Source: Planctomycetota bacterium (GTDB lineage Bacteria > Planctomycetota > GCA-002687715 > DRQF01). Taken from it: a stretch of DNA of 64,000 nt. The first letter of the stretch is position 1. The number at the start of each line of letters is the position of its first letter. The stretch covers positions 160,673 through 224,672 of the forward strand of contig JAZGFI010000103.1 in assembly GCA_036479435.1 (NCBI GenBank), in the 5' to 3' direction. Shown piece by piece: positions 1 to 9,547 of this stretch. The notes beneath the pieces are model-generated. The model was given only the letters and a program-made list of their open reading frames with translations. It did no database searches and was not told the origin of the DNA. Made by a program: the position numbers and the translations under genes.

Positions 1-696
1 ATGTTCGCGAACCAGGGCTTCTTCAGATTCAGTTTCAGAGGCCACCAGGTGCAGCACCCAGTCATTCACGCAGACCAAGTCGCTGACAGACCGGAGCAAC
101 TCGTCACTACACCCCAGGGTAAACCGGGGCGCGGCGGCGTAACGCAATCGCCCGGACTCGCTCTCATGAAAGCTCTCCGCGAGCTCTTTGCTGAGGGCTT
201 CGCACTCATCCCTAGATTTGATGAGCGCAGGATCCAGACGCCCAGTGCGATCTAGGTCGAGCATACTGAGCCCGCCGAAAAAACGGATTCCGCAGGCCGC
301 AGCTTCGCGGAAGAGCAGATCAACGCCATGGCTAACGCCCGCATCCAGCACACAGGTAACGCCGTTGTCGATGAGTTCGTGAAAACCGATGCGATAGGAA
401 GTCTCACGTTCGTCTTCGCCGAGACCTTCAACCTGCGGCCAGCGGCTCGAAGCCGCCGCGGTCAGAGCGTCGACGGGCTTGCTCATACCTCTAAAAAGAC
501 TACGGCTGAGCTCGGAATGGGCCTGAACGAATCCCGGGATGACCACGCAGCCTCGGGCGTCGATCTCGTCCTCTCCCTCGCCGCGGTGGGCGACATGAGC
601 TGCGATCTCGACGATCCGGCCGTCTGAGACGCGAATATCCCCTTCGAATGAACCCGCGCCATCGCCGGGAATGATCCAGCCCTTTCGAATAATCAA
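1..696 (-). CDS. Amidohydrolase-family protein (MtaD/5'-deoxyadenosine deaminase-like), 3' end outside window, metal ligands partly degenerate
   Basis: Not in the ORF track. Manual translation from TTG at 696: MIIRKGWII...GDIRVSDGRIVEI...IDARGCVVIPGFVQAHSELSRSLFRG...NGVTCVLD...PRFTLGCS...VLHLVASET. Start overlaps the upstream stop (TTGA). Confidence 0.8.
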   Translation of the reverse strand, partial: MIIRKGWIIPGDGAGSFEGDIRVSDGRIVEIAAHVAHRGEGEDEIDARGCVVIPGFVQAHSELSRSLFRGMSKPVDALTAAASSRWPQVEGLGEDERETSYRIGFHELIDNGVTCVLDAGVSHGVDLLFREAAACGIRFFGGLSMLDLDRTGRLDPALIKSRDECEALSKELAESFHESESGRLRYAAAPRFTLGCSDELLRSVSDLVCVNDWVLHLVASETESEEALVREH

Positions 697-1904
697 CTCA
701 AAGTCTCCTTTTGGCTCCACTGACGTCGCCAATGACATCGCTCGGCTGCGTCGTTTGCGAACTCGTTTAGGATAGCTTCTCCGTGTTGATTCAAAACCGG
801 GGCAGCACTGAGGCAAGGTCCAGGGCCGCCGTTAAGTCGAGCGGCTCTCCCCAGCACGGCCATCTCGCCCAAGGTTGCATGCGCCGCGGTGCGAAGAAAG
901 CCGTCGTGCCTTCTTCGTAATTCTTCGAGTGCATCACTAACCCCGCGCAAACGCCCAACGGGGATGTCGGCGGCGTCGAGAGCGATTTTCCACTCTTCCG
1001 TACTCTTGCTGAGCAGCACTTTTTCCACCGCGGGTACAAGTTCATGGCGCTGGCCCACGCGATCCCCGTTGCGGCTCCACTCTTCGCGATTCATGTCCGC
1101 GGGAACCCCGTCAATTTTCAGGAAGCGCCGCCAGGCCTCATCCGTTGCGATCGCCAAAACCAAGGCTCCATCGCGGGTCTCAAAGATCTGATAGGGAACG
1201 AGGTTGGGGTGGCGATGCCCCATGCGCTTGGGGTCTTTTCCCGTCAGCAAGGTCGCTTGCGCCTGAAACCCCAAGAATGACATCAAAGAATCGAAAAGCG
1301 AAACCTCAAGGTGGCAAAACCCGGCGGCGCCACCGCGGCGCTCGAGGCCGACCAGTGCCGCTAAGACTGCCTCGGAGGCGGCCATTCCGGCGGCGACGTC
1401 CGCAGCGCTGAAAGGAACACGGCAGGTTTCGCCGGCCTGGTCCTCGGGCCCCGTCATCGCCATCAATCCGGTCTCCGCTTGAATCGCGAGGTCAAACGCT
1501 CCTTCGTGCCGACGAGTCGTCTGCGTCCCGTAGCCGCTGATCGTGAGCGAAACCAGGCGCGGATTGAGAGCTTGTTGCCGTTTGAGGCTCAGCCCCATTT
1601 GATCCATGACACCGTCACGGAAGTTTTCGACCAATACATCGGCCTTTTCAATGAGTCGGTTCAACACTTCGCAATCAAACTCAGTTCTCAGGTCCAAAAC
1701 CAGGCTCTCTTTGCCGCGATTATAGGCCATGAAGTAGCTGGATTCGCCCTTGACGAAAGGCGGACCGAATCGACGAGTCGCATCCCCTTTCGGGCTCTCG
1801 ATCTTGACGACGCGCGCGCCCCAGTCTGCGAGTCGCATGGTGCACAAAGGACCCGCGAGAACGCGCGACAAGTCGACGATCAGCAGGCCATCGAGGAAAT
1901 TCAC
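693..1904 (-). CDS. Family III CoA-transferase (CaiB/BaiF)
   Basis: DLSRVLAGP, GARVVKIE, YNRGKESL, ADVLVENFR motifs; catalytic Asp in AADVAAG; HPNLVPY. Confidence 0.9.
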   Translation of the reverse strand: MNFLDGLLIVDLSRVLAGPLCTMRLADWGARVVKIESPKGDATRRFGPPFVKGESSYFMAYNRGKESLVLDLRTEFDCEVLNRLIEKADVLVENFRDGVMDQMGLSLKRQQALNPRLVSLTISGYGTQTTRRHEGAFDLAIQAETGLMAMTGPEDQAGETCRVPFSAADVAAGMAASEAVLAALVGLERRGGAAGFCHLEVSLFDSLMSFLGFQAQATLLTGKDPKRMGHRHPNLVPYQIFETRDGALVLAIATDEAWRRFLKIDGVPADMNREEWSRNGDRVGQRHELVPAVEKVLLSKSTEEWKIALDAADIPVGRLRGVSDALEELRRRHDGFLRTAAHATLGEMAVLGRAARLNGGPGPCLSAAPVLNQHGEAILNEFANDAAERCHWRRQWSQKETLS

Positions 1905-1923
1905 GGCTCGTTCGTCTTCGGCA

Positions 1924-2997
1924 TTAGATGCTTGAGATCAGGGCTTCGCCCGGAATCCGGCTGGCCTTAAGGAAAGTCAGCATTCTCTTGAGGATCTCGA
2001 TGCGCAACTCGGCGTATTTCTCGGCGCCCTGCCCCTCCAGAGGGATCCGCGCCGCCGCCATGGTGTTGTGGCCGCCAGCTTGCCCCAGCCTGCCGACGAC
2101 CTTGCGTATGAACACACCGGCATCGCCGTCGACGTCGCGAGTACGCACGGAGATCATCATGGTGTCCTCGAAGCGCCCGGTGCACACCGACCACGTTGAG
2201 TCTTCAACTTTCAACATCAAGTCGGCGATTTCGGCAACCAGGTCTGGGTAAGGCAACTCGTCGAGATGTGAGGAGACGAAATTTCCGTAGATCTTGGCGT
2301 GGTCAATCGCGTTGCGCAGGTTGCGAAAGTAAAGGCGAGACAGCGGCGGCGCCTCGATCTTTTCAAGCGCGTTGTGGTCGACCATATCCTTCAGGTAGGC
2401 AAAAGCCTCTCGGTCTTCGTCCGAAGTCCGGCGCGTCAATGAAAGGGTGTCGGTTTTGATCCCGTAATAGAGTGCCGTAGCGACCACCGCCGTCGGCACC
2501 ACGCTATAAAGCCGCAGATATTCGGTCATCACCGTCGCCGTGGCCCCGTAACCGGGACGCACATCGCAAAAGGGAACTTCCATCGTGGACTTCACGAAGG
2601 GGTGATGGTCGATGCAGACCAAGACCGGAATCTCTTGTTCCAGTTCCAACAAGTCCTCGGGGTTAAATCCAAATTCAGGTTGAGCATCCACCAAAATCGC
2701 GGCGCTGAAATCCAAGGATTCAACGTCTCGAAAAGGAACAAGGTTGGGAGCGAGGCGAGAGACCATTTCCCTATTCTGCGCCCGACCGACGATGCCGCGA
2801 TAGCACATGGTGACCTGCTTACCGAAACGGGTCTCGAGAAGCTGGGTCATGGCCAGGGCCGAGGCAATACTGTCCGGATCGGGATTGAGATGACAAAAGA
2901 CGAGCACGTTGTCGTGCCCATCCAAGACCTCTCCGAGTCGGCCTGGATCCGGCGGCGGCGGCGCGCCCTGGCTGTGATTGCTGTCCGTCGAATCCAT
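1924..2997 (-). CDS. DHH/DHHA1 family phosphoesterase (NrnA-like)
   Basis: HLNPDPDS, VDAQ, IDHH, GIKTDT, GGH motifs; start set at MDSTD (ORF track extends to 3033). Confidence 0.88.
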   Translation of the reverse strand: MDSTDSNHSQGAPPPPDPGRLGEVLDGHDNVLVFCHLNPDPDSIASALAMTQLLETRFGKQVTMCYRGIVGRAQNREMVSRLAPNLVPFRDVESLDFSAAILVDAQPEFGFNPEDLLELEQEIPVLVCIDHHPFVKSTMEVPFCDVRPGYGATATVMTEYLRLYSVVPTAVVATALYYGIKTDTLSLTRRTSDEDREAFAYLKDMVDHNALEKIEAPPLSRLYFRNLRNAIDHAKIYGNFVSSHLDELPYPDLVAEIADLMLKVEDSTWSVCTGRFEDTMMISVRTRDVDGDAGVFIRKVVGRLGQAGGHNTMAAARIPLEGQGAEKYAELRIEILKRMLTFLKASRIPGEALISSI

Positions 2998-3054
2998 ACT
3001 TTCGGCTCGGCCTCGCCAAGTGTCCCGCCGCAAGCTGCACGCGGGGTCCTGCTC

Positions 3055-3960
3055 TTAGAGAGTCATCTCAAGACTGCTGACAAAGCTCAGTCTGCTAGAG
3101 CCTGGTGCCAGCCTCAAGATCTTGGGCAGAGCGGGAGACAAACCAAGGAGGTCTTGGAGACCGGAAAAAGTCCCTGCACCGAGAGGCAATCCCGTCATAA
3201 GTTCATGTGAATCACAAAGATATGTTCCGAGGGCCCGCTCGGATGCCAGTTTCCACAGAGACTTGGCTTGGTCAAATCCGAGAAGATGACGACGATGAGC
3301 TGCGGATGGGTCGTACCAAAGGCCCACTCGCTCGGAGTCAAATTCCGCCAGCACCCAGGCGAGTTCCTCTGTGCCCAGTAGGGCCTCAGCCCCGCCTTCA
3401 AGGAGCAAGCCAAGCCTCAATCCGCGGTGCTCGCTGAGAGCCTGGTGCAAAAAGCGGCACAGGCGTTCCGCAGCGGACTCGCGCTCCGCCTCCCGCGCGG
3501 CCATCAAGGCCCTGAGCTTCGGGCCCCGTTCGGATTCATCCGCGCCCGCCTCGGCCGCCGTTTCGAACTCCTTGGCCGCAACACTTGCACAAACTCCACC
3601 GGAGAGCAGCACCAGGTCGGCCCGAAATCCGGACGCCCACTTTAGGGTCTCGTTCCAGTCTCGGCTCGCCCGATCCCGTTCCTCCGCATCGGCTGCCGTC
3701 ACGTAGTTCAGGCTCAGAATTTTAGGATTGTCTGAGGAAGCGGTATAGCCGATCAAAGGCGCCCGCACCGCCACGATTCGCCCGCGGGCCCGCCGCAAAG
3801 TTTCTGCGGCCGCCGGAATGTCAAGGGCGCCTCGAGGGGCCGCGAGTTCAACCCTGCCAACTCCGAGATCGAAGATCCCTTCTAGGGCTTTGACGATACT
3901 GCCATCTTCACGGGCGTCATTGGCCGTTGACAAACCAACGCTAAAGCTCTTTTGGCTCAA
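3055..3960 (-). CDS. Sugar-phosphate isomerase/AP-endonuclease-2-like TIM-barrel protein, metal ligands degenerate
   Basis: VGLST...GRVEL...GLWYD...YLCD...LPLGAG pattern; 4-nt overlap with the purB stop. Confidence 0.6.
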   Translation of the reverse strand: MSQKSFSVGLSTANDAREDGSIVKALEGIFDLGVGRVELAAPRGALDIPAAAETLRRARGRIVAVRAPLIGYTASSDNPKILSLNYVTAADAEERDRASRDWNETLKWASGFRADLVLLSGGVCASVAAKEFETAAEAGADESERGPKLRALMAAREAERESAAERLCRFLHQALSEHRGLRLGLLLEGGAEALLGTEELAWVLAEFDSERVGLWYDPSAAHRRHLLGFDQAKSLWKLASERALGTYLCDSHELMTGLPLGAGTFSGLQDLLGLSPALPKILRLAPGSSRLSFVSSLEMTL

Positions 3961-5393
3961 ACCCGCAGTTCCTCGACTTCTTCGCCATCGTCGGCGAAGC
4001 GGGACAAAATGGGGTCCACTTCCGCGGCGATGAAGTTTACAACCTGCGAAGCCGCGACGCCGGTGTAGCGCCCCGCGTCGAGGATTTCGTCGAAGTCCTC
4101 CGCCGTCAGAGAAAAAGCGTCGTCGGCGGCAAGTCGCGCTAAGAAGTCACTGGCGCCACCCGTTTCTTTGCTTTGATTAGAGGAGGCCACGGCGTGCGTA
4201 CGAATGCGCTCGTGGAGTTCTTGGCGATCGCCGCCGTCGCGTACCGCACGCATGAGGATCTCCTCACTCGCGATAAAAGGGAGATGTTCCTGCAAGTTCG
4301 CGGCGATGACTTTTTCGCGCACGACGAAACCCGAGGCAATGTTGCCGAAGAGAATCAACACCGCATCGGCCGCCATGAAGGCCTGCGGAATAACCAAGCG
4401 GCGGTTGGCAGAATCGTCCAGTGATCTTTCGAGCCACTGACTGGCCTGGGTGTAGGCGGTGTTTTCTGCCAGGGAGATCAAAAACCGCGACAGTGATCCA
4501 ATGCGCTCACTCCGCATGGGGTTTCGCTTGTAGGGCATCGCCGACGAACCGATCTGTTTGCTCTCAAAAGGCTCTTCGATTTCGCGAAGGTGACAGAGCA
4601 GGCGCAAATCGTTACCGAACTTCGCAGCGCTTTGGGCAATCGCCGACAACACGCCCAAGACCCGAGAGTCCATTTTGCGGCTATAGGTCTGCCCGGTGAC
4701 GGCAAAGCGTCGAGGAAAGCCCATTTTCTCGGCCACGCGACGATCGAGCGCCTCGACTTTCTCGGTGTCGCCGTCGAAGAGCTTCAAGAAGCTGTCTTGG
4801 GTGCCCGTCGTCCCTTTGACGCCTCGAAACCGCAGCGCCTTGAGGGCGTCTTCGAGTTCTTCGTGATCTAAGACCAGATCCTGCAACCACAAGGCGGCAC
4901 GCTTTCCGACCGTCGTGAATTGCGCCGGCTGGAAGTGCGTGAACCCTAAGGTGGGCCGTTCACGCTCGTCCAAGGCAAACGAACGCAGCGCCCTCATGAC
5001 GCCGCGGAGTCGTTTCCCGACCGCTTCAAGACCCTCGCGCATGATCAGCGCGTCGGTGTTGTCGGTCACGAAACAAGAAGTTGCGCCGAGATGCAAGATG
5101 CTCCCCCCGGCTGGACATTGATCACGCCAGGTGTGGACATGCGCCATCACATCGTGGCGCAGCTCGCGCTCGAACTTGGCCGCGCGGTCGAAATCAATGT
5201 CGTCTAAGGTAGCTCTCAACTCGTCGAGCTGAGCCTCGCTAATGTCGAGGCCCAATTCAGACTCAGCCTCTGCGAGGGCCAGCCACAGACGACGCCAGGT
5301 GCCGAACTTGCGCCGCGGAGAAAACAAGGCACTCATCGCTTTGGAGCAATAGCGCTCGCTGAGTGGATTTTGGTAACGGTCGAGGTCGGCCAT
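3957..5393 (-). CDS. purB: Adenylosuccinate lyase
   Basis: RHDVMAH, HLGATS, GFTHFQPAQ, GSSAMPYKRNP, ERSLDDSANRR. Confidence 0.97.
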   Translation of the reverse strand: MADLDRYQNPLSERYCSKAMSALFSPRRKFGTWRRLWLALAEAESELGLDISEAQLDELRATLDDIDFDRAAKFERELRHDVMAHVHTWRDQCPAGGSILHLGATSCFVTDNTDALIMREGLEAVGKRLRGVMRALRSFALDERERPTLGFTHFQPAQFTTVGKRAALWLQDLVLDHEELEDALKALRFRGVKGTTGTQDSFLKLFDGDTEKVEALDRRVAEKMGFPRRFAVTGQTYSRKMDSRVLGVLSAIAQSAAKFGNDLRLLCHLREIEEPFESKQIGSSAMPYKRNPMRSERIGSLSRFLISLAENTAYTQASQWLERSLDDSANRRLVIPQAFMAADAVLILFGNIASGFVVREKVIAANLQEHLPFIASEEILMRAVRDGGDRQELHERIRTHAVASSNQSKETGGASDFLARLAADDAFSLTAEDFDEILDAGRYTGVAASQVVNFIAAEVDPILSRFADDGEEVEELRV

Positions 5394-5465
5394 GTGGTGT
5401 CCTTATGGGGGATGAAGCCATCTTAGCAGTGCCCTAGGACCAAAAAAGGCCGCTGGATGGTCATA

Positions 5466-5497
5466 GAAAAAGGGCGGCTCTGACGCCGCCCTTTTTC
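5466..5497. terminator. Intrinsic terminator, bidirectional type
   Basis: gaaaaagggcggc-tctgac-gccgccctttttc perfect hairpin with A/T tracts. Confidence 0.8.
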
Positions 5498-5528
5498 AAT
5501 GGCAATCTAAGGATGTCGGAGATGAGGA

Positions 5529-7463
5529 TTAGTTGCCGCCATCAACTTCGTTATCCTCAATGATCTCTTCATCAATGATCTCGATCGCCGGCTCGCTGCT
5601 GATGGCAGAAAATTGCCGCGAGGTCGTGTAGGCGAAAAAGCCACCGGTGGCTCCGCCAGCGATGACCATGGGAAGGTAACCCATGGGCGAGTGAATGGCC
5701 GTCGTGAGACGATCTTTGCCGACCGTCCCGACGGTCGTCACGCCAAACAGGTGCCGTTGGAAAATATCACTGGTCGGAAAGGTCGTCATGTCGACCGGCA
5801 CTTCATCCGGAAACCGGACGCTTTGAGCGATCGGAGCTGCGGAATCGATCAAAAATGTCGCTATGCGACCGAGATCGAGGTAGCTAATCCCAGAGTTGCC
5901 GACGCCAGCTTGACCGTAGCCAAGGGCGCCAAGGCCGTTCTTCAGATCGGCGTTGCTCGCGAGGTCCAGTCGTTGGTTGGCGCGCGATGCCACGAAGTTC
6001 TTAAGCGTCTGAGGTGCCGCCGCGATCAAGAGCATGTTGCCCTCGAACATAAGAGTCGGCTTCATCCCAAAATTGAAGCCACCGCCACGCATCAAGCGAC
6101 CGGTGTCAAAGTAGTGCAGCTCGCGCCCTTTGAACTTGAAGGATTTCGACAAGTCCTGGTCGCTCGCCGACGCAATGAGTTTCTTCGTGTAGTCGAGGAA
6201 CTTAGATTTGTTCTTCTCTTTGACTTCAATGGCGATGATCAGCTCCGGGACCATGCCACCAAAGGGCGAATCGGCGACCCAAAAAGCGACCTCTTCGTTG
6301 AGGCAGGGCAAATAGTCATCGAGTAAGGAAAAGCCGCACTCAGACTCAAACTCGCCGAGAGTTTCATCGACTTCGGCGGCCATGTCTTCATCGATTTCGT
6401 TGGCCGCATTGACGAGGCCTTCGGCCATCTCACTGAGGTCAATGCGAAAGGCGGAATAGGCCATCGTTCGCTGCGGAGCGAGGTCCAGCGTGCTCAACGG
6501 GACATCACTGCCCTTCATGTTCTCGTAAATGCCGGAGAGCCCTTTGGGCGCACTCAGGATCATCCGTTCAACGACCGCGCCGCCTTCGTAGCTCGCGCCA
6601 TAGGCGATGCCGCGCCAAGTGTCTAATCCAAGCGCCTGCGCCACGCCCTCGATCGGGATTTCATCCGCGATCGGAGTTTTCTTGGCAATCGCAAGAACCC
6701 GAGCCATGTCGAGGTAGGCGAACATGACCCCCTTGCCGCGGGGCAAGGTATGGTTCCAACACTTGCTGAAGTCATCAGAGGCAAAGAGCCCTTGGACTTC
6801 GCTCTTGGCCTTCACCCGGGCAAACACCTGGCTCATCGTGCTCGCCTTGGTGCCCGCCACTAGGTAGTCGCCCAAGGTCGCCCACATGACGTCAATGCCC
6901 TCGATGTCGGTACGCCATACCGTGACGCCATCGAGAGTGTCCTGCGCGGGCTGGGCCCCCATCTCTTCCTTCAGACCCTTGGCGATCAGACCCGCGACTT
7001 TTTTGAGGAGCTCCCGATTATCGCGGAGATCAAAAGTCAAGATGAGATCGACATCCGGAGGGCCGGAACCATCCCCCATATCGAAGTCCACCAGCGTCAA
7101 GGTCATGCTGCCCGAACCAAGGGTGCGCAGCTCGTCCATCTTGAGCCCGATGGCATCTTCCATCTCGCTCAGCATTTCTTCGCTGGTTTTACTAACGGCT
7201 TTCTTGATGGGAGCGACGAATTCCTTCATCTGGTCTTCGTTCATCAGCCCCATGATGGCGAGGCTGCCGACCTCTTCGATGCAAGTGCGGCCGTCGAGGC
7301 GCAAGTGCAGGACTGCGCCCTCGGGCAAGGCGGACTCGATATTGTAGTGAGATTCAGCAGATCCTTCGGCGCGGCTATCCAGCAACCAAGCTCCGCCAGC
7401 AATCAAAGCGACCAGTGCGAACAAAGCTCCTGCTTTGCCCATCCATGCGTTGTTGTTCAGCAT
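5529..7463 (-). CDS. Exported or membrane-anchored hypothetical protein (DUF3352-like)
   Basis: 644-aa ORF, N-terminal hydrophobic helix, LPEGAVL...YLD pattern, RBS GAGGAG. Confidence 0.55.
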   Translation of the reverse strand: MLNNNAWMGKAGALFALVALIAGGAWLLDSRAEGSAESHYNIESALPEGAVLHLRLDGRTCIEEVGSLAIMGLMNEDQMKEFVAPIKKAVSKTSEEMLSEMEDAIGLKMDELRTLGSGSMTLTLVDFDMGDGSGPPDVDLILTFDLRDNRELLKKVAGLIAKGLKEEMGAQPAQDTLDGVTVWRTDIEGIDVMWATLGDYLVAGTKASTMSQVFARVKAKSEVQGLFASDDFSKCWNHTLPRGKGVMFAYLDMARVLAIAKKTPIADEIPIEGVAQALGLDTWRGIAYGASYEGGAVVERMILSAPKGLSGIYENMKGSDVPLSTLDLAPQRTMAYSAFRIDLSEMAEGLVNAANEIDEDMAAEVDETLGEFESECGFSLLDDYLPCLNEEVAFWVADSPFGGMVPELIIAIEVKEKNKSKFLDYTKKLIASASDQDLSKSFKFKGRELHYFDTGRLMRGGGFNFGMKPTLMFEGNMLLIAAAPQTLKNFVASRANQRLDLASNADLKNGLGALGYGQAGVGNSGISYLDLGRIATFLIDSAAPIAQSVRFPDEVPVDMTTFPTSDIFQRHLFGVTTVGTVGKDRLTTAIHSPMGYLPMVIAGGATGGFFAYTTSRQFSAISSEPAIEIIDEEIIEDNEVDGGN

Positions 7464-7676
7464 TTCGTTCTCCTCAGTGACCCCAAATCCCAGTGAGTTG
7501 GGCCATTCGCAGCCCTAAGGTGACATTTTCGTCTTTGTCCCCTTCAAAGGTGAAGCGGACCAAGTGTCTAAAGCCATTCTGACACGTTGGACGCGTGGAA
7601 TCACGCCCCAAGCCTCGCCGAAACGGAACCCTTGCGTTGTTGTGATCTCGTAAAGGCCCTGGGGAGATCCAAGTTA

Positions 7677-8201
7677 CTATTTCGAGGGATTTAGTCGCGA
7701 CAAGATCGCATCAAGATGAGGGTACTGCTGAGCGGCAAACAGGCCTACGACCACACCCCAAATGGCGATCAGCGCTAAGACCCGCAGACGAGCCCGAGAG
7801 AGCCCCCGCGCCGACAAACTCCAAGACGTGGCCGCCACTCCGAAAACTCCGCCCAACAGGTTTTCGATCGCGTCAAAAAGCGAACAAGTGCGTCCCGCCA
7901 CGGAGTCCTGATGCCACTCGTCAAAAAGCCCGAAGAGGCTAGACACCGCTAAGGCCGCCCCCCATCTCTTCCAATATTTTGGAATTGACGACCCAAATCC
8001 GGTGCCCAATGCCAAGCCCCAGCTCGCCGTCAAGATGCCGTAAAACAAAAAATGAAGGAGGTTGGCAATGCGGCCGGGCTGCCGTTGGACACCATGTGAA
8101 GTCGTCCAACTGCGACTGCTCGCCCAAAAGATCAGAGCCATGAGACCCAAGGCGACGAATGCCCAAAGCCATCTTTTGCTGAGCAAACTTCTGATTCCCA
8201 T
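7677..8201 (-). CDS. VanZ-family membrane protein
   Basis: MALIFWASS, LLHFLFYGIL, FDEWHQ...GRTCSLFD. Confidence 0.8.
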   Translation of the reverse strand: MGIRSLLSKRWLWAFVALGLMALIFWASSRSWTTSHGVQRQPGRIANLLHFLFYGILTASWGLALGTGFGSSIPKYWKRWGAALAVSSLFGLFDEWHQDSVAGRTCSLFDAIENLLGGVFGVAATSWSLSARGLSRARLRVLALIAIWGVVVGLFAAQQYPHLDAILSRLNPSK

Positions 8202-8322
8202 GTCGTCATAGTAGCGAAGTTGAGGACATTCAGGATACAAAACGAAACACCCATCGCCGGCATCAACGGCAAGGGGTGTTCAGATTGGCCAGCGAAAAGG
8301 CCAAGATAGGTTCGCAATCAGC

Positions 8323-9180
8323 TTAGGCGAGAAGGCGAACGCGACTTTTGTCGAGCTGTTCTTTGAGTCGCGACAGCACGTTGGTGTGAATTTGGCAGAC
8401 GCGAGACTCGGTGAGATCGAGGATCTTGCCGATCTCCTTCATCGTGAGGCCCTCGTAGTAGTACATGATGACGATGCGCTTTTCTTTTTGCGAAAGATTC
8501 CGCGTGATCGCCTCGATGACGTCGCGCTGATTGAGGGCTTCGATGGGACTCTCGCTCTTGGCGTCGGCAAGGATGTCGGCTTTTTCGAGCGCGTGATCGT
8601 CTTGATTTTCGTCCCACTTGTCGGAGAGCGAGAACACCGTGACGGGCTGCGCTTCTTCGACCATCGACTGGTATTCTTCAAGCGTGCAGTCGATCTCTTC
8701 GCACATCTCGAAGTCTGTCGGGTCGCGGCCCAACTTACTCTCGAGAAGTTTGAAGGCCTTATTGATGCGGTTGGCCTTTAGCCGAACCAGACGAGGAACC
8801 CAGTCCTGCGAACGCAGTTCGTCGAGGATGCTGCCGCGGATTCGCGTTGTGCAGTAGGTTTTGAACTTGATGCCGCGCGACAGGTCAAAGCCGTCTATAG
8901 CGTCCATCAGTCCAAACAAACCGGCAGAGATGAGGTCTTCGAGATCAATGCTCTTGGGAAGCGTCGCCAGCAGTCGTTCACTGATGTAGCGCACCAAGGG
9001 ATAATAGCGTTCGATGAGAACGTTGCGAAGGTTGGGATCGCCGCTGCGCTTGTAGACTCGCCAGAGTTTGGCGATGCGCTCTTCTTCGGCTTGTTTCCGC
9101 GTCTTCGCAGCCGCCTCGGCAGCTTCTTGACGCGCCTTGTCTACGGCTTCGATTTTCTTCTTTTCGGCAACTGCGACCAC
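8323..9180 (-). CDS. fliA: FliA/WhiG-family (sigma-28) RNA polymerase sigma factor
   Basis: DLISAGLFGL, RIRGSILDELRSQDWVPR, LTMKEIG...LTESRVCQIH; GTG start with GAGGAGG RBS. Confidence 0.92.
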   Translation of the reverse strand: MVAVAEKKKIEAVDKARQEAAEAAAKTRKQAEEERIAKLWRVYKRSGDPNLRNVLIERYYPLVRYISERLLATLPKSIDLEDLISAGLFGLMDAIDGFDLSRGIKFKTYCTTRIRGSILDELRSQDWVPRLVRLKANRINKAFKLLESKLGRDPTDFEMCEEIDCTLEEYQSMVEEAQPVTVFSLSDKWDENQDDHALEKADILADAKSESPIEALNQRDVIEAITRNLSQKEKRIVIMYYYEGLTMKEIGKILDLTESRVCQIHTNVLSRLKEQLDKSRVRLLA

Positions 9181-9307
9181 TTAGGTCCCCTCCTCGCCCG
9201 CATGATTCTGCGGACATTGTGGGGGATACCGGCCTTCCATAACGAAAGCCGTCCTTCGGAATCGAAAGACGGCCCTTGCTTAGGCAAGGCCGAGGTCGAT
9301 CCCCCGT

Positions 9308-9404
9308 GTCTTCGGTAGCTGGCTGCCTTTCCATTCCCTTCGGGATGGGGAAGGCCCTGTAGTTTTGCGCCCCATTCTTTCGAATGGTTTGCCCTTTCGG
9401 ACTC
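9308..9404 (-). promoter_or_regulatory. c-di-GMP-I (GEMM) riboswitch
   Basis: Minus strand: CCGAAAGGGCAAACCATTC-GAAA-GAATGGGGCGCAAAACTACAGGGCCTT...AAGGCAGCCAGCTACCGAA. Matches the GGCAAACC..GAAA..GGGRCGCAAA...GGCAGCC..ACCGA consensus and lies in the fliA leader. Confidence 0.9.
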
Positions 9405-9464
9405 GGAGGCGAGCTTGGCTCTCCAGGTCCCGTGAACCCCGTACTGGGGTCGACGCTTGTAGAG

Positions 9465-9523
9465 ATTATACCTTTGACCTCCAACTGCAAGTCTTATCTT
9501 CGGAAACTCGGAGATTTTCTTTA
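9465..9523 (-). promoter_or_regulatory. Promoter region of the fliA leader: TATAAT -10 and a sigma-28-like TAAA-N15-TCCGAAGA
   Basis: TATAAT at 9470-9465; TAAA at 9523-9520, 15-nt spacer, TCCGAAGA at 9504-9497. Confidence 0.4.
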
Positions 9524-9547
9524 GGTCGACTCGATTGGGTCAAAACC

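Noticed and set aside
9308..9404. 3',3'-cGAMP-sensing (GEMM-Ib) riboswitch variant
   Set aside because: The position equivalent to Vc2 G20 is G (AGGGCAAA), not A.
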